Shown: piece by piece, positions 1 through 8,173 of the stretch
Layout of the letters: each line of letters begins with the position of its first letter
Numbering within the stretch: the stretch's first letter is position 1
Source: a virus
Virus record (IMG/VR): IMGVR_UViG_3300023174_004998
Coordinates: 1-64,000 of that record
Direction: 5' to 3' (one strand)
DNA length: 64,000 nt
The notes under the pieces: model-generated
Databases searched by the model: none
The model's input: the letters and a program-made list of their open reading frames with translations, nothing else
What the model was told of the DNA's origin: nothing
Made by a program: the position numbers and the translations under genes

Positions 1-195
1 ACACTACTCATCGGCTACTGCCATTTGATTGTTCGGCAATGTGTTTGGAGATACAGAGTGTTTCCACTCTGTAGATAGGGTTATACCCTACCCAGTAGTT
101 TTATCATCTGCGTTATCGCCACAGACTTCATCGTACTGTCCGCCCGTTTAGAGCATGTTTTGAGTGCGCTCTAGGACCTCGTTTCCTATCAACAC
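1..195 (-). ncRNA. Putative structured non-coding RNA downstream of the attenuator (runs off window)
   Basis: No ORF. Minus-strand hairpins: TAGAGC..GCTCTA, CAGTA..TACTG enclosing TCTGT..GCAGA, TAGGGT-ATA-ACCCTA (76-90), and perfect TACAGAGTG-GAAA-CACTCTGTA (52-73) with a GNRA loop. Confidence 0.45.
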
Positions 196-204
196 TTTGC
201 TCGA

Positions 205-384
205 TTATCGATCGGTGTGCCAGACTGGGCATGTAGCCCTGGCATCGATTTCTTTTCGAGCTCGATCTATCTTGCCTTGAAGTAATTGTTGCATACCATG
301 TTCATCTAGGACAAACCCACTATGCTCAAATGCTTGTTCGACAACTCGATCGGCAATTTTACTGTAATCAATTTTTTCTGTCAA
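205..384 (-). CDS. Small hypothetical protein, 59 aa (MTEKIDYSKIADRVVEQ...), not in ORF track
   Basis: TTG start preceded by AAGGAAAAA SD-like sequence; open to TAA at 205-207. Confidence 0.55.
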   Translation of the reverse strand: MTEKIDYSKIADRVVEQAFEHSGFVLDEHGMQQLLQGKIDRARKEIDARATCPVWHTDR

Positions 385-404
385 CTTCTATTTTTCCTTT
401 TGTA

Positions 405-442
405 TAAAACAGAAACCCCGGAGTGTTTAGTTCCGGGGCTCT
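405..442 (-). terminator. Intrinsic terminator of the attenuator
   Basis: CCCCGGA-ACTAAACAC-TCCGGGG followed by TTTCTGTTTT on the minus strand. Confidence 0.75.
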
Positions 443-468
443 GTGTAGAATAAGTTACTGTCTGACTT

Positions 469-585
469 CTACTCAGAACCCCTGACCCCGATCGCATCAT
501 TACGTAGGCAGGTGGGGTGCCACACGAGACTTGTTGGCTCCATCTGCTTAAATGATATCGAATAGGATCTTAAAGTTTTCATCAT
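469..585 (-). CDS. Putative attenuator leader peptide, 38 aa (MMKTLRSYSISFKQMEPTSLVWHPTCLRNDAIGVRGSE)
   Basis: ATG about 7 nt after a -10 box; its stop codon lies inside an antiterminator arm complementary to the terminator 5' arm. Confidence 0.6.
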   Translation of the reverse strand: MMKTLRSYSISFKQMEPTSLVWHPTCLRNDAIGVRGSE

Positions 586-592
586 AGTATCT

Positions 593-621
593 ATTGTATA
601 GGTTTATTTATACTGCGTCAA
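593..621 (-). promoter_or_regulatory. Sigma70-type promoter with embedded T4-like late promoter TATAAATA
   Basis: TTGACG-17nt-TACAAT; TATAAATA (605-612) lies in the spacer. Confidence 0.75.
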
Positions 622-643
622 CCTCGGGTTTGCCTTTTTACAA

Positions 644-677
644 CAAAAAACCCTACACAAGGTAGGGTTTTTGTTTT
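644..677. terminator. Intrinsic (probably bidirectional) terminator after the dctP-like gene
   Basis: AAAAACCCTAC-ACAAG-GTAGGGTTTTT inverted repeat with A/T tracts on both sides. Confidence 0.75.
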
Positions 678-690
678 GCTTGTCTACCTA

Positions 691-1647
691 TCAAGCCTTT
701 TTGATGCGTTCAATGAGATTGTCACCAAAAGTTGATTCAAACTCATCATACACCACTTGCATACGAGCTTTCATGTCTGCTGTTTCTTCAGCAGTGGGTT
801 CGTATACACTCTTGCCTTCGCTGATCAAACGGTCACGAGCTTGTTCGCCATCAACGATGGTAGTCTGACGCTCATTGCGACCTGCTTGGATAGCGGCTGT
901 CTTGATCACAGCACGAACTTCGTCGCTGAGGCTGTCCCAGAAACGATCACCAATGATCATTGTGGTCAAGAACAAACTGTGTTTGCTGTCTACCACTGAC
1001 TGGATTACGTCATTCTGGCTCAATGGATAGATACGGCTATAAACTGTGTCATTGCCGTTGCAGTTACCGTTGGCAACATGCTCACGTGCTTCTTCTGTTT
1101 CGCACACAAATGGCTCAACACCACTCATGGTACGGATCACAGCACGACCCACTGGGTTACGATTTGAACGCAGTTTTTCACCAGTCAAATCACTCAATGT
1201 GCTCACTGGCTTGTTTACGCCCAAGCAACGGAAGCCGCCTGAGTATGTGTAAGCAAGTCCACGAACATTGCTGTTGTCTGTGAGTTTGGCCAACAATGTT
1301 TCGCCAACTTCACCTTCCAACACACGGCTAGCATGCTCATGGTCGCTGAAAATATAAGGCATTTCAAACGCCAAGAAGTCATGTTCATAGTGTTCAGCCA
1401 ACCAAGTGGTGTACATTTGACTCATTTCGATTTTGCCAGCTTCCATCAAGTCTAACAAATCGTGCTTGGTAACCACAATGCCATCATTATACTTGGCACT
1501 GTATTCATTCAGCGTCATTACTTCAATTTCAATTTTTTCGGCTGATTGTTGTGCATTGATTTCTTTTTCAAAATCTTGTGCGGCACGTACAAACAAGCTC
1601 AATGGTTCGTGGGCTATAACCCAACGAATTTTAGTTGTTTTGCTCAT
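691..1647 (-). CDS. TRAP-type substrate-binding protein (DctP family), no signal peptide
   Basis: FEMPYIFSDHEHASRVLEGEVG, GGFR, DLTGEKLRS, FWDSLSDEVRAVIKTAA motifs typical of DctP; N-terminus is not hydrophobic. Confidence 0.8.
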   Translation of the reverse strand: MSKTTKIRWVIAHEPLSLFVRAAQDFEKEINAQQSAEKIEIEVMTLNEYSAKYNDGIVVTKHDLLDLMEAGKIEMSQMYTTWLAEHYEHDFLAFEMPYIFSDHEHASRVLEGEVGETLLAKLTDNSNVRGLAYTYSGGFRCLGVNKPVSTLSDLTGEKLRSNRNPVGRAVIRTMSGVEPFVCETEEAREHVANGNCNGNDTVYSRIYPLSQNDVIQSVVDSKHSLFLTTMIIGDRFWDSLSDEVRAVIKTAAIQAGRNERQTTIVDGEQARDRLISEGKSVYEPTAEETADMKARMQVVYDEFESTFGDNLIERIKKA

Positions 1648-1677
1648 TTTAAATGAACTCCTGTTTAACTTAATATT

Positions 1678-1788
1678 GCTTGCGATAAATCGCGTACGGA
1701 CGGCGTTCTAGGCATATCATGCTAGTAAAAGGGTAAACTACCCTAGGCGTCTTTGTATCCGGCGTCGATCACCTGACCGGCGCTGCCA
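1678..1788 (-). ncRNA. Riboswitch-like cis-regulatory RNA, copy A (5' UTR of dctP-like gene)
   Basis: Same conserved cores (GCARCGCC, GACGYCGG, GACGCCT, ACGCC, CCGTA, AGC) and the same four-hairpin layout as 2737-2850. Confidence 0.65.
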
Positions 1789-1791
1789 TTT

Positions 1792-2706
1792 TTATTTATC
1801 CAACACAACACCTTGTGTTAGACGTTTCCATTGCACTAACTGTGAATTAAACCAGTTGTCCAACTGTGCGTCGGGCATTTGATTGTTGGGTACACAGTTG
1901 TCAGCGGCATTGGCATCGCGTACACTTTGAGCACGACTAGCTTCTACCAGTACTTTACGTATGCTGGCAAAGCGGTCTTCGCTGAGTTTACGGCTGGCAA
2001 AAATCTGCTGTGGTGTGCTCATATCCAACAAGTCCTTGCTAAAACCTTGATTGGCCAGCAATTCTGTGCCTTTGATGCTGTTGCGGCCAGTTTGCCCAAG
2101 CCAATACACTTGTTTAGCAGATCCAGGACCTGTGTACTGTTCGCTGTCACCGTGGAATCCCACTGAAAAATCCACTGATCCGTTGAGTACGCCCAGCAAA
2201 GCTTCGCTGGTGCTCTTGAATGGTACGATGTTTAAATTGGGGTAATTTTTAGCAATTTGAATACTGACCAAATGTGTAGTAGTTCCCATGCCGCTCATGC
2301 CAATTGATAGCTTGGCATCTTTGGGCACTTCTTTCCAGTTTTTGTATTTGACACTGCTGATCACAAACGGGCTCACACACATAGGCAGGATGCTACGAAA
2401 ATCCGCCATGCTGTGGCTGTCATTTGGGAACAAGTTGGGTCGAATAAATCCAGCAGAACTGTTGATCCACAGTGTGTTTGTGGGATTATTGTTGGTAAAG
2501 TTTGCGGCCACAGTACCTCCAGCGCCTGGCTTGGTGTCAAACAAAAATGTGTATTGATTCTGTAATTTGTTTGCTTCAGCAACCAAGGCTCGGTAGAAGT
2601 TGGCTGCATTGTCACCAGCACCCCAACTATAAGCCAGTGTGATGGATTCTTTTGCTACTGCGTTGATACTTAAAGTTGCCAATAAAATGGCCATGAATTT
2701 TTTCAT
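1792..2706 (-). CDS. Tripartite tricarboxylate transporter substrate-binding protein (Bug/TctC family)
   Basis: Signal peptide; KPGAGGTVA, SGMGTTTHL, VPFKSTSEALLGVLNGSVD motifs. Confidence 0.8.
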   Translation of the reverse strand: MKKFMAILLATLSINAVAKESITLAYSWGAGDNAANFYRALVAEANKLQNQYTFLFDTKPGAGGTVAANFTNNNPTNTLWINSSAGFIRPNLFPNDSHSMADFRSILPMCVSPFVISSVKYKNWKEVPKDAKLSIGMSGMGTTTHLVSIQIAKNYPNLNIVPFKSTSEALLGVLNGSVDFSVGFHGDSEQYTGPGSAKQVYWLGQTGRNSIKGTELLANQGFSKDLLDMSTPQQIFASRKLSEDRFASIRKVLVEASRAQSVRDANAADNCVPNNQMPDAQLDNWFNSQLVQWKRLTQGVVLDK

Positions 2707-2736
2707 GTTAATTTTCCTTTTTAGTTTAGTTTGGCA

Positions 2737-2850
2737 GCTCGTAGAGAACTCTACATACGGTATGGCGTCAACAGTGTCTACACTGATAAAGGATTGATTT
2801 CTCCAGGCGTCATTAAATACACCGACGTCAACATGATGTTGGCGTTGCTA
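2737..2850 (-). ncRNA. Riboswitch-like cis-regulatory RNA, copy B (5' UTR of Bug gene)
   Basis: Homologous to 1678-1788, with different hairpin sequences that keep base pairing. Confidence 0.65.
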
Positions 2851-2875
2851 GATTTTACTTAGTACAGTCCCGATA

Positions 2876-3805
2876 TCAACGTAATTTTTCTATGCCAGCC
2901 TGCTGTCTCACAGCTTCCCAGCGTTGGTATTGGCGCTGTATCCACTGTTCAGGATCTTGCACTGGACGACCCAGTTCTAATCCCAGGGCCTGCACACTGT
3001 TTCTGTAGGCTTCGCTTTCATTGAGACTGCGCAAAGTATTCAGCATCAATGCTTTGTCTCTCAGTGGAGTGTCTTTGCGCACAGCTACACCGTACCAACT
3101 GTAAAAACTAAATCCAGGAAGCACCTTTGAAAACAGTGTAGCTGACGGCACAGCAGGATTTGGAGAGTCGCTACTCACTGCCAATATTTTTAACCGGCCG
3201 CTGTTGTGAAATTGCAGTTGGCTTTGTATTGTGTCAAAGCTACACTCAATGGTGCCACTCATCAAGGCAGTGCTGACTTCACTGGCGCCTTTGAAGTTCA
3301 CGATTTCTACTTGTGTAAGACGCAGTTGTGACACCACATACTTGGTCAAAAACAGTGCTCCACTGTTGCTGACTCCGCAGTTGATGGGTTTGGTTCTGGC
3401 TTGTTTTATAAAATCCTGGAAGCTGGTGATACCGCTCTGGTTGCTGACCACTAGCACACTGGGACTTTGTGTCATAGGCAACACCATGTCAAAGTCTTTG
3501 ATTTGGTAACCAGGATCTTGATAAACCACATGATTAAACAAAAATGGCCCTGTGGCTGCCATCAACCAGGTATTGCCATCAGCTGGACGATCCAACACAT
3601 AGCGCACACCAACTCTGGCATCAGCGCCTGGTTTGTTGACCACTATTGTAGATATTTTGCTGTCTTCTTGCAGATGTTTTTGTATTATCCGTGCAAACGA
3701 ACTGACTACACCGCCGGGTGCATAAGGGCTGACCAGTTCTTTGACATCATTGGCCTGTGCTGACATGGCCATCAGTGCTGTAACTAATGATAGAATAAGT
3801 TTCAT
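2876..3805 (-). CDS. Second Bug/TctC-family substrate-binding protein
   Basis: Signal peptide; PYAPGG, VVNKPGA, PADGNT, FKGASEVSTALMSG, GRLKILAVSS, WYGVAV motifs. Confidence 0.85.
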   Translation of the reverse strand: MKLILSLVTALMAMSAQANDVKELVSPYAPGGVVSSFARIIQKHLQEDSKISTIVVNKPGADARVGVRYVLDRPADGNTWLMAATGPFLFNHVVYQDPGYQIKDFDMVLPMTQSPSVLVVSNQSGITSFQDFIKQARTKPINCGVSNSGALFLTKYVVSQLRLTQVEIVNFKGASEVSTALMSGTIECSFDTIQSQLQFHNSGRLKILAVSSDSPNPAVPSATLFSKVLPGFSFYSWYGVAVRKDTPLRDKALMLNTLRSLNESEAYRNSVQALGLELGRPVQDPEQWIQRQYQRWEAVRQQAGIEKLR

Positions 3806-4335
3806 AAAAGTCCTTTGGTTGAATTAAGATTTATCTGTAGCGTGACACGGATATCAATTAAATCTTCCACGCTGTGCGGATATCTTCCGTCAACAAGATA
3901 CCAGCAACCTTGAGGTGTATCCACGCGATTTTCAGCAGTCAACTGATCGTAATTGTCAAACAGCTGACCTCGTGATTGATCTAGGTCATGGTTGGCTGCA
4001 GACCAAAATTGCAAATATCCATTGGCTGGATCAATCACGTGTAGCAGTGCATAATCACGTGTGGCATCACAGTGTGGACCGTGGCAGTTCATTCCAGTAC
4101 TGCCATATTGATATCTCATACCTATTTTGTCAATGTCCGCAGATATGTGAGCATGAACCCAATTGATAATGTCTTGATTGGCTTGATAAAAGCAACCGTG
4201 AGATGTGGTCTGTGGTTGATTGTTTCTAGTAACAACCCGCCCGGGAAACTGTCGAATCAACTCTGCCTGATCAGGATCATAGGTAGAATATACAGATTCA
4301 GGCAAAGTAGGAAAGTCAAAGAACTTTACTTGCAT
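3802..4335 (-). CDS. Putative 2OG-Fe(II) oxygenase/cupin-fold protein
   Basis: HxD (PHCDATR), distal H (YPHSVE) and R (IRVTLQI). Confidence 0.5.
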   Translation of the reverse strand: MQVKFFDFPTLPESVYSTYDPDQAELIRQFPGRVVTRNNQPQTTSHGCFYQANQDIINWVHAHISADIDKIGMRYQYGSTGMNCHGPHCDATRDYALLHVIDPANGYLQFWSAANHDLDQSRGQLFDNYDQLTAENRVDTPQGCWYLVDGRYPHSVEDLIDIRVTLQINLNSTKGLL

Positions 4336-4337
4336 GA

Positions 4338-5522
4338 TTAGAATTTAAAATGCAAATTGGTTCCTGGATCTTCAAAGTCTGCTTCACCTAGATAGTAAAA
4401 GGGACTGATAAATCCCACCAGGCCCACCGGACGACCCATTTCATTGTTGAAGAACTTGGGATCAATGTTGTCTGTGAGATATCGCAAACCGCTCTGCCAC
4501 ACACGATACGCATGAGTTTCTCGGAAGTTGACATAAAACCAGTAGTCCATTTCATTGTAGAAACTGTTGGTAGGTTTGGCAGTCTGGAATGTTGTAGGAT
4601 CATAATCAGGGTAAATCAAGGGCTTGACAATGTGTTCAAAAGCTGTGCGTTGTGTAAAGTTATAGTTGGGCCAACGTACCAGATGTTGTAGATATTTGTT
4701 GGTTTCAAGATTAAACCAGTTCTTGATCACATGAGCTTGTTTGATTATCATTTCTGGCAGATCAGGGCTCCAAAAAAAGTATTCGTTTGAAGCATTGGTA
4801 TAGCCAGCAAGATCTGGGTTGGCAGCATTGGCCTGTATGTCCATGAAATATAGATACCACTTTTTATCCTTGACGCAGACCTTGGGCTTGTCTACTCCCC
4901 AAAGTACACACACTCGCAGACCTTGGTCCAGTGTGCGTTTGTGATCGTCCACAGCATCTACAGTGTGTTTGAAAGGATGCCCTGGTTGAAAGTAATCTCT
5001 GGTTTTAAACACCCAAGACTCATCGTGCGTACTGACCAGCATGTCTTCGCTGTAGTCATGTATGGTGATTTTGGTTCTAGGGCTTTGCACAGATATCCAG
5101 TTTAACAATGGCAAGGCCGCATATTTTGCTTCACTGAGAGTGTTTTCAGGCTTGGTGTTGAAAGGGTCGTCGGCTACATTCTTTTCACCAGTTTTGGGAT
5201 AACGAAATACCACTTCATCTAAGTGTATGCCATTGTTGATAAAAGCATAGGCCACTGTGGCCGAGTCCGCGCCGCCGGAAAATTCCAGTCTGATATAGTC
5301 ATAACGGTCACGGATCTGTTGTGCTCGCATACGATACAGATTTTGTAAATCAGTACCAGGCTCAATGGAAGCATCTAAACTGGAAAATAATTCTTGGTTG
5401 AAATTCCACTGTGGGAATTCACCGGTAGTAGTGGCTTCTATCAAGGCTTCGGGTTTTGAATAAAACCTTTTTTGACCTACTGTGTAGAAACCTAATTTGG
5501 GATTTTGTTCTAGGAGATTCAT
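4338..5522 (-). CDS. PP-loop (adenine nucleotide alpha-hydrolase-like) ATPase, unknown substrate
   Basis: LEFSGGADS PP-loop and GVDKP motif; lacks the C-terminal QueC zinc-binding Cys cluster. Confidence 0.6.
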   Translation of the reverse strand: MNLLEQNPKLGFYTVGQKRFYSKPEALIEATTTGEFPQWNFNQELFSSLDASIEPGTDLQNLYRMRAQQIRDRYDYIRLEFSGGADSATVAYAFINNGIHLDEVVFRYPKTGEKNVADDPFNTKPENTLSEAKYAALPLLNWISVQSPRTKITIHDYSEDMLVSTHDESWVFKTRDYFQPGHPFKHTVDAVDDHKRTLDQGLRVCVLWGVDKPKVCVKDKKWYLYFMDIQANAANPDLAGYTNASNEYFFWSPDLPEMIIKQAHVIKNWFNLETNKYLQHLVRWPNYNFTQRTAFEHIVKPLIYPDYDPTTFQTAKPTNSFYNEMDYWFYVNFRETHAYRVWQSGLRYLTDNIDPKFFNNEMGRPVGLVGFISPFYYLGEADFEDPGTNLHFKF

Positions 5523-5561
5523 GGCAGAGTATTTAAACGCTGGCCTCTGCCATGAATAGAT

Positions 5562-6074
5562 TTAGCTGTTGAGAACACGAGCAACCGAAGTGATCACAGC
5601 CGCAATACGACCAATGTCGCGAAGTTGTTCTACAGTGTAGCCTTCCTTCTTGAGAGTTTCGTAGTGCGCTTTTACGCAGAAGTGGCACTTGCCAACGATA
5701 CTGGCAGCTAGACTGTAGCTCTCAAATCGAGCCTTGGTCGTTCCACCATGAGAGCTAATAGCATTCATGCGTAGTTGTGCTGGCAAACCAGTGAGACGCT
5801 CGTCTTCAGCCATTTCAACATAGGGATACCATACATTGTTCATAGCCATTAAACTAGCGGCTGTCAATGCCGCATCTCTTTCAGTGGCATCTTCCAGGTC
5901 TGACTGTATAAATGTAACGAGTTTGCCATTGCCTGTTGCCATAGCGGCTGCGAGAGCACAGCCATTGGCTTCAACAAGATCAAGAGTGCTACGATTGACA
6001 ACGCTGTCAAGATTGAGACGTGTGTCTTTTGCATAGTCTGGCAATGCCTCCTTTATTGTATCTACCCAACTCAT
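5562..6074 (-). CDS. ahpD: Alkyl hydroperoxide reductase AhpD
   Basis: LPDYAKDTRLNL, MAMNNVWY, CHFCVKAH; translationally coupled to ahpC. Confidence 0.92.
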   Translation of the reverse strand: MSWVDTIKEALPDYAKDTRLNLDSVVNRSTLDLVEANGCALAAAMATGNGKLVTFIQSDLEDATERDAALTAASLMAMNNVWYPYVEMAEDERLTGLPAQLRMNAISSHGGTTKARFESYSLAASIVGKCHFCVKAHYETLKKEGYTVEQLRDIGRIAAVITSVARVLNS

Positions 6075-6613
6075 TACAGAGTCTCTCCACCCACAGAACG
6101 ATTACAAGCACAGAGTTCACCAGTTTGTAGCGCATCTAACACACGCAATGTTTCTTCTGGGCTACGACCCACGTTCAAATTGTTCACAGTGACGTGTTGG
6201 ATAACGTTGTCTGGGTCAACGATAAAAGTGGCGCGAAGTGCGGCACCTGCTGGCGCATAGAATACACCCAGCTGATTGATCAAGCTCAACTCACCACGCT
6301 GTGTATCAGCGAACTGATAATGTGTGATCTTTTGTAGATCTGGATGTGCTTGTTGCCAGCTCACTTTGCAGAACTCATTGTCTGTTGAACCTGTAAGCAA
6401 CACAGCATCACGGTCTTCGAAGTCTTTGGCTAACTTGTCGTATGCCACGATTTCTGTTGGGCATACAAATGTAAAGTCCTTTGGATAGTAAACGATCACT
6501 TTCCACTTGCCTTCGTATGACTTCTCCGTGATGTCAAAGAATGCATCTTTTGGTTGTCCTGGACGGACTCCAGTCAATGCAAATGCCTCTAATTTATCTC
6601 CTACTGTTTTCAT
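6074..6613 (-). CDS. ahpC: Peroxiredoxin AhpC
   Basis: YPKDFTFVCPTE, RATFIVDP, VGRSPEETLRVLDALQ, resolving LCAC. Confidence 0.95.
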   Translation of the reverse strand: MKTVGDKLEAFALTGVRPGQPKDAFFDITEKSYEGKWKVIVYYPKDFTFVCPTEIVAYDKLAKDFEDRDAVLLTGSTDNEFCKVSWQQAHPDLQKITHYQFADTQRGELSLINQLGVFYAPAGAALRATFIVDPDNVIQHVTVNNLNVGRSPEETLRVLDALQTGELCACNRSVGGETL

Positions 6614-6668
6614 AACTTCTCCTTAGTGTTAAAAATTTGACAGCTCTCAGTGTTTCTACTGATGCTTT

Positions 6669-6754
6669 ATTGTAATAGTATGTATCAATGAAATCAAGCG
6701 ATTTAATAGATTTTTCCAGAATATTTTTTAATATCGATTATAGAAAAAATCAAT
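6669..6754 (-). promoter_or_regulatory. ahpC promoter with upstream OxyR-like binding site
   Basis: TTGATT-17-TACAAT (6669-6697); ATAG-N7-CAAT (6740-6754), TAAT at 6729 in 11-bp phase, further ATAG at 6706. Confidence 0.6.
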
Positions 6755-7304
6755 AATCCTCGCTGGCATCAGTGACCACTGCCCAACCTAACTGTAACAG
6801 ATCATCACGTACTTCGTCTGTTACTGTGCCTTCGGGCACCAATTCTTCAGGCAGAACTTCATCATAACTCATACCCCCGCGAATACCACTACAGTACCAA
6901 TCAATGTAGTCACCTTGACCACGCATGTCAGCAATGATACCTCCGGCATAACGCCAGGAGCAAGTGTACTTTTGATCTTTGAGCACGGGCCAGACATCCT
7001 GGCGTTGAAAGTCATTGTTGCACAAGGCCGCATAGAGATTCTGAGCATAGCTCTCGCTGACACGAACTTTCTCTACAATCCAATCGGTGCTTCTTAAATC
7101 GTATTCAAGATTGTTTTTCTGCCACTCAGGGTCAGCCTCTTGTTTTTCAGATTCTTCAGTCCAAGAATCATACCAATGGATCATGGCCTGCACGTCTGGA
7201 TCGTCTAGGCTACAGCCTTCTTCTAGTTTGCGCTTGACGTAGGAATCACGCTGAAACGTGTTTCTTTCTGAGCTTGCGCTGAGGACGGGTTTCTTTTGAT
7301 TCAT
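6750..7304 (-). CDS. Hypothetical phage protein
   Basis: ORF with SWRYAGGIIA..DYIDWYCSG; start taken at MNQKK. Confidence 0.6.
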   Translation of the reverse strand: MNQKKPVLSASSERNTFQRDSYVKRKLEEGCSLDDPDVQAMIHWYDSWTEESEKQEADPEWQKNNLEYDLRSTDWIVEKVRVSESYAQNLYAALCNNDFQRQDVWPVLKDQKYTCSWRYAGGIIADMRGQGDYIDWYCSGIRGGMSYDEVLPEELVPEGTVTDEVRDDLLQLGWAVVTDASEDY

Positions 7305-7512
7305 TGCGTTCTTTGAACTCTTTTGAGACATAGTATTCTATCAGTCGTTGTTGGATCATGGACAACAGTTCACCTTGTTCGTCTACAACAAAACGCACCG
7401 GGCACCGACCCCAGGTAGAATATTTTTGGAATTCGGCAAACCAACGTCGATGCTGTTTGTTGGTAGCATCAAATACCACCCAGGGTCGACCCCAGTGTTC
7501 CAGTCTACTCAT
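7246..7512 (-). CDS. Hypothetical protein
   Basis: ORF overlapping neighbours in operon fashion. Confidence 0.55.
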   Translation of the reverse strand: MSRLEHWGRPWVVFDATNKQHRRWFAEFQKYSTWGRCPVRFVVDEQGELLSMIQQRLIEYYVSKEFKERNESKETRPQRKLRKKHVSA

Positions 7513-7817
7513 TGTAAACGATTCCTCCTGGTTTCTGTATCGTGATCCTTGAATGCTTGTTCAAGCATGGCACGTTCTTCAGGATCCATGGATTCAAAAT
7601 CTTCATCTGTGAGCTGTCTGCTGTTGGCTCGTAGTTCTTCCGGAGTCATGTTGGCAAACATGCCGGTGAGTTCTGCCATGATAGCATCCAGTTCTTCTTG
7701 ACTGTCTACTTCAAGGTGATCAAAACAGCCAGGTGCAAACTCGACCTTTAGTGGCTCGCCTTCTACGGGTTCAATCTTGGTAGTGGCCGCAAGTTTGAGT
7801 TTTTTGTTTTCAGACAT
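7509..7817 (-). CDS. Hypothetical acidic protein
   Basis: ORF with coupled start/stop. Confidence 0.55.
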   Translation of the reverse strand: MSENKKLKLAATTKIEPVEGEPLKVEFAPGCFDHLEVDSQEELDAIMAELTGMFANMTPEELRANSRQLTDEDFESMDPEERAMLEQAFKDHDTETRRNRLQ

Positions 7818-8076
7818 TGGAGTTTTCCTTGTTTTCTTCGTAGTCTCGGATCATCCGATACAAAGGTTCAATCGGATCTCCTCTGCGCTCAATGACGTCC
7901 GGGCATGCTTCAGCCAATTTACTGAGATGATAATCGTCGGGAAAATGGCGCAACACACTCAATGCCCTGCGACGAATATCTTTGGGCACACGAGGGGTCT
8001 TTTGAGTATTCAGCAAATCTTCGCAGAACTGCTTGGCATACACAATGGCTCGATATCTTTCGTCTGGCAATGTCAT
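7810..8076 (-). CDS. Hypothetical protein (true start MTLPDERYRA)
   Basis: AAGGA SD before ATG at 8076; the upstream extension in the ORF track runs through the tRNA. Confidence 0.65.
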   Translation of the reverse strand: MTLPDERYRAIVYAKQFCEDLLNTQKTPRVPKDIRRRALSVLRHFPDDYHLSKLAEACPDVIERRGDPIEPLYRMIRDYEENKENSNV

Positions 8077-8090
8077 ATGTTTCCTTGATA

Positions 8091-8165
8091 TGGTGGGCCT
8101 ACTAAGAATTGAACTTAGACTCAATCGATTATGAGTCGACTGCTTTACCATTAAGCTATAGGCCC
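8091..8165 (-). tRNA. tRNA with CAT anticodon, most like tRNA-Ile2 (lysidine type); encoded CCA
   Basis: GGGCCTA/TAGGCCC acceptor stem, TGGTAAAG D-loop, TCGA-CTCATAA-TCGA anticodon arm, TTCAATT T-loop, ACCA end; anticodon arm resembles bacterial ileX. Confidence 0.9.
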
Positions 8166-8173
8166 ATGTGTAT

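Noticed and set aside
4338-5522. Calling the SGGxDS protein QueC
   Set aside because: Too long, lacks the C-terminal Zn-binding Cys motif and lies far from the que genes; left as an unassigned PP-loop ATPase.
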